Positions 62,683 through 64,000 of a DNA stretch of 64,000 bases are shown one piece after another (the stretch's first letter is position 1; every line of letters starts with the position of its first letter). Made by a program: the position numbers and the translations under genes. The stretch lies in assembly GCA_964036045.1 (NCBI GenBank), contig OZ038378.1, positions 176,328,001-176,392,000 of the forward strand. The letters run 5' to 3'. The DNA comes from Eutreptiella sp. 'Long Island Sound 2002' (taxonomy: Eukaryota > Protista > Euglenida). Below the pieces are notes generated by a model. It did no database searches. It saw only the letters and a list, made by a program, of their open reading frames with translations, and was not told the origin of the DNA.

Positions 62683-64000
62683 GTATGCGGGCCATCAGGG
62701 ATGGAGTGATATTTATGGGGAAGAGAGGCGTAGTCGGGGAGACAGAAGCCACTGGATATTCTACGTGTGGTTGCCCCTAACCCCCCCCCCCCCCGCCCAT
62801 GGGGGGAAGACCATGGCTTCTTGCCAAAACCCCCCCGCCCATCATGCTTCAGGGGTAACACCTGTCTGTTTCGTGGTTGGCGAACACGTCACCCATCCCA
62901 GCCCCAACCCCAGCAACCCAGCCACGGTAAAAGACGTTGCGATGTCTTTGGTCTGGGTACGTGCCCCCCTCCCCCCTCCCCTAGTAGCTCTTCGTAGGTG
63001 GCTGTGTTAAACAGGGTGGGCCTACCAAAGGTTCCACCTACACGTTTGCTTACCTCACCTTAATTAGGTTTCCCTGTCTGGCCTTGAGCCACGCTTCGTT
63101 GCGAAAGGCAGCTGGATTTGGGCCATTTTCAAGGCATTATGCGCTGTACAAGAACGCAACCTGGCAATTGGTGGCCGTTCATAGCCTTAAAACACCACTT
63201 TTACCATCCTTGGTGGTCCCCGAACGCTTTTGGAAAAAGAAGCATGATTTTTGACCATTCTTTGACCCCATGTGACCCCCAATGTAATCCCACCCCAGCA
63301 TGCACAACATGCACCACTATTGCGTGCGGCAGGTGTGTCGAAAGGTGTATGTGTTGTGCAAGTGTCTTACCAATATTCTTTGACAAAAGGAGCATCATGC
63401 ACCACCAATGCAATGCATAGCATTCAGAGCCATCCCAAGTATCCGCATGTTTGAAATTTGGCCATCTTGGGCCCTTTTGATCCAATTTGTCAGCCTTCAG
63501 ATCCCCACGAATACGTCACGGAGGGTGACAGCGGATAAACAATGAGCCAAAACGCACTCGCTCTTATCACACACACCATGCAGACCACACTAACTATGCA
63601 CGTGACACACATGCCATAGACCGTAATACCAGCCTGTAAGGTGCCACAAAAAAAATCACTGTGAATTGATTGTTTAGTCATGGGCGGGCCCACCAAGTGG
63701 ATCATGTAGCATACCCGAGGGTATTTTGGACGGAGTTTTTCAGTACGCCCTTTTAGCACAGAAAGGTTGTCTGGATCCTGCCATTTTCGACACCAACTGC
63801 TGTACTTTGTCAGCCTTATCATAATGGCCTACAAAAGTTGTGAATTTCTCACCAACAGTATGACAGTGGTCGTAGATGTGTGGGTGCATGTGTGGGGTTG
63901 GTTGGAGACACTCAAATATCAGCTTACATGTACGGCATACTGGCGCAGTCCAAGGTGGTTCCGGCCACCCATGGCCAGGTCCACCTGGGGATACGGCACG

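Noticed and set aside
1-64000. CRISPR arrays or prokaryotic operons
   Set aside because: No regular repeat-spacer arrays are present, and the sequence is intron-containing eukaryotic DNA.

Overview
Repeat-rich eukaryotic nuclear DNA, most likely from a euglenid. This is inferred from a near-exact euglenid spliced-leader (SL) sequence, a euglenozoan-type receptor adenylate cyclase, and abundant poly-G/C and (CA)n tracts. The first 36 kb hold one 13-exon plus-strand gene (1267-36204, all introns GT-AG, all phases compatible, about 2322 aa). It encodes a single-pass receptor adenylate cyclase with an adhesion/lectin-type ectodomain (CUB, EGF, LamG x2, Link/CTL-like, C-type lectin, propeller-like, IPT/TIG). 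Its introns contain decayed LINE fragments with RNase H domains, MITE-like elements, tRNA-like heads and microsatellites. At 47.7-50.4 kb an SL RNA gene-like sequence lies about 0.2 kb upstream of an uninterrupted Penelope-like reverse transcriptase frame. That frame has no endonuclease, carries a long insertion and has a YRDN active-site variant. This SL-PLE cassette is the most unusual feature of the window. The remainder holds a probable second gene with a 1.7-kb QPST-repeat exon and part of a third gene with duplicated C1-like zinc-finger exons. All calls were made by eye, without database searches.
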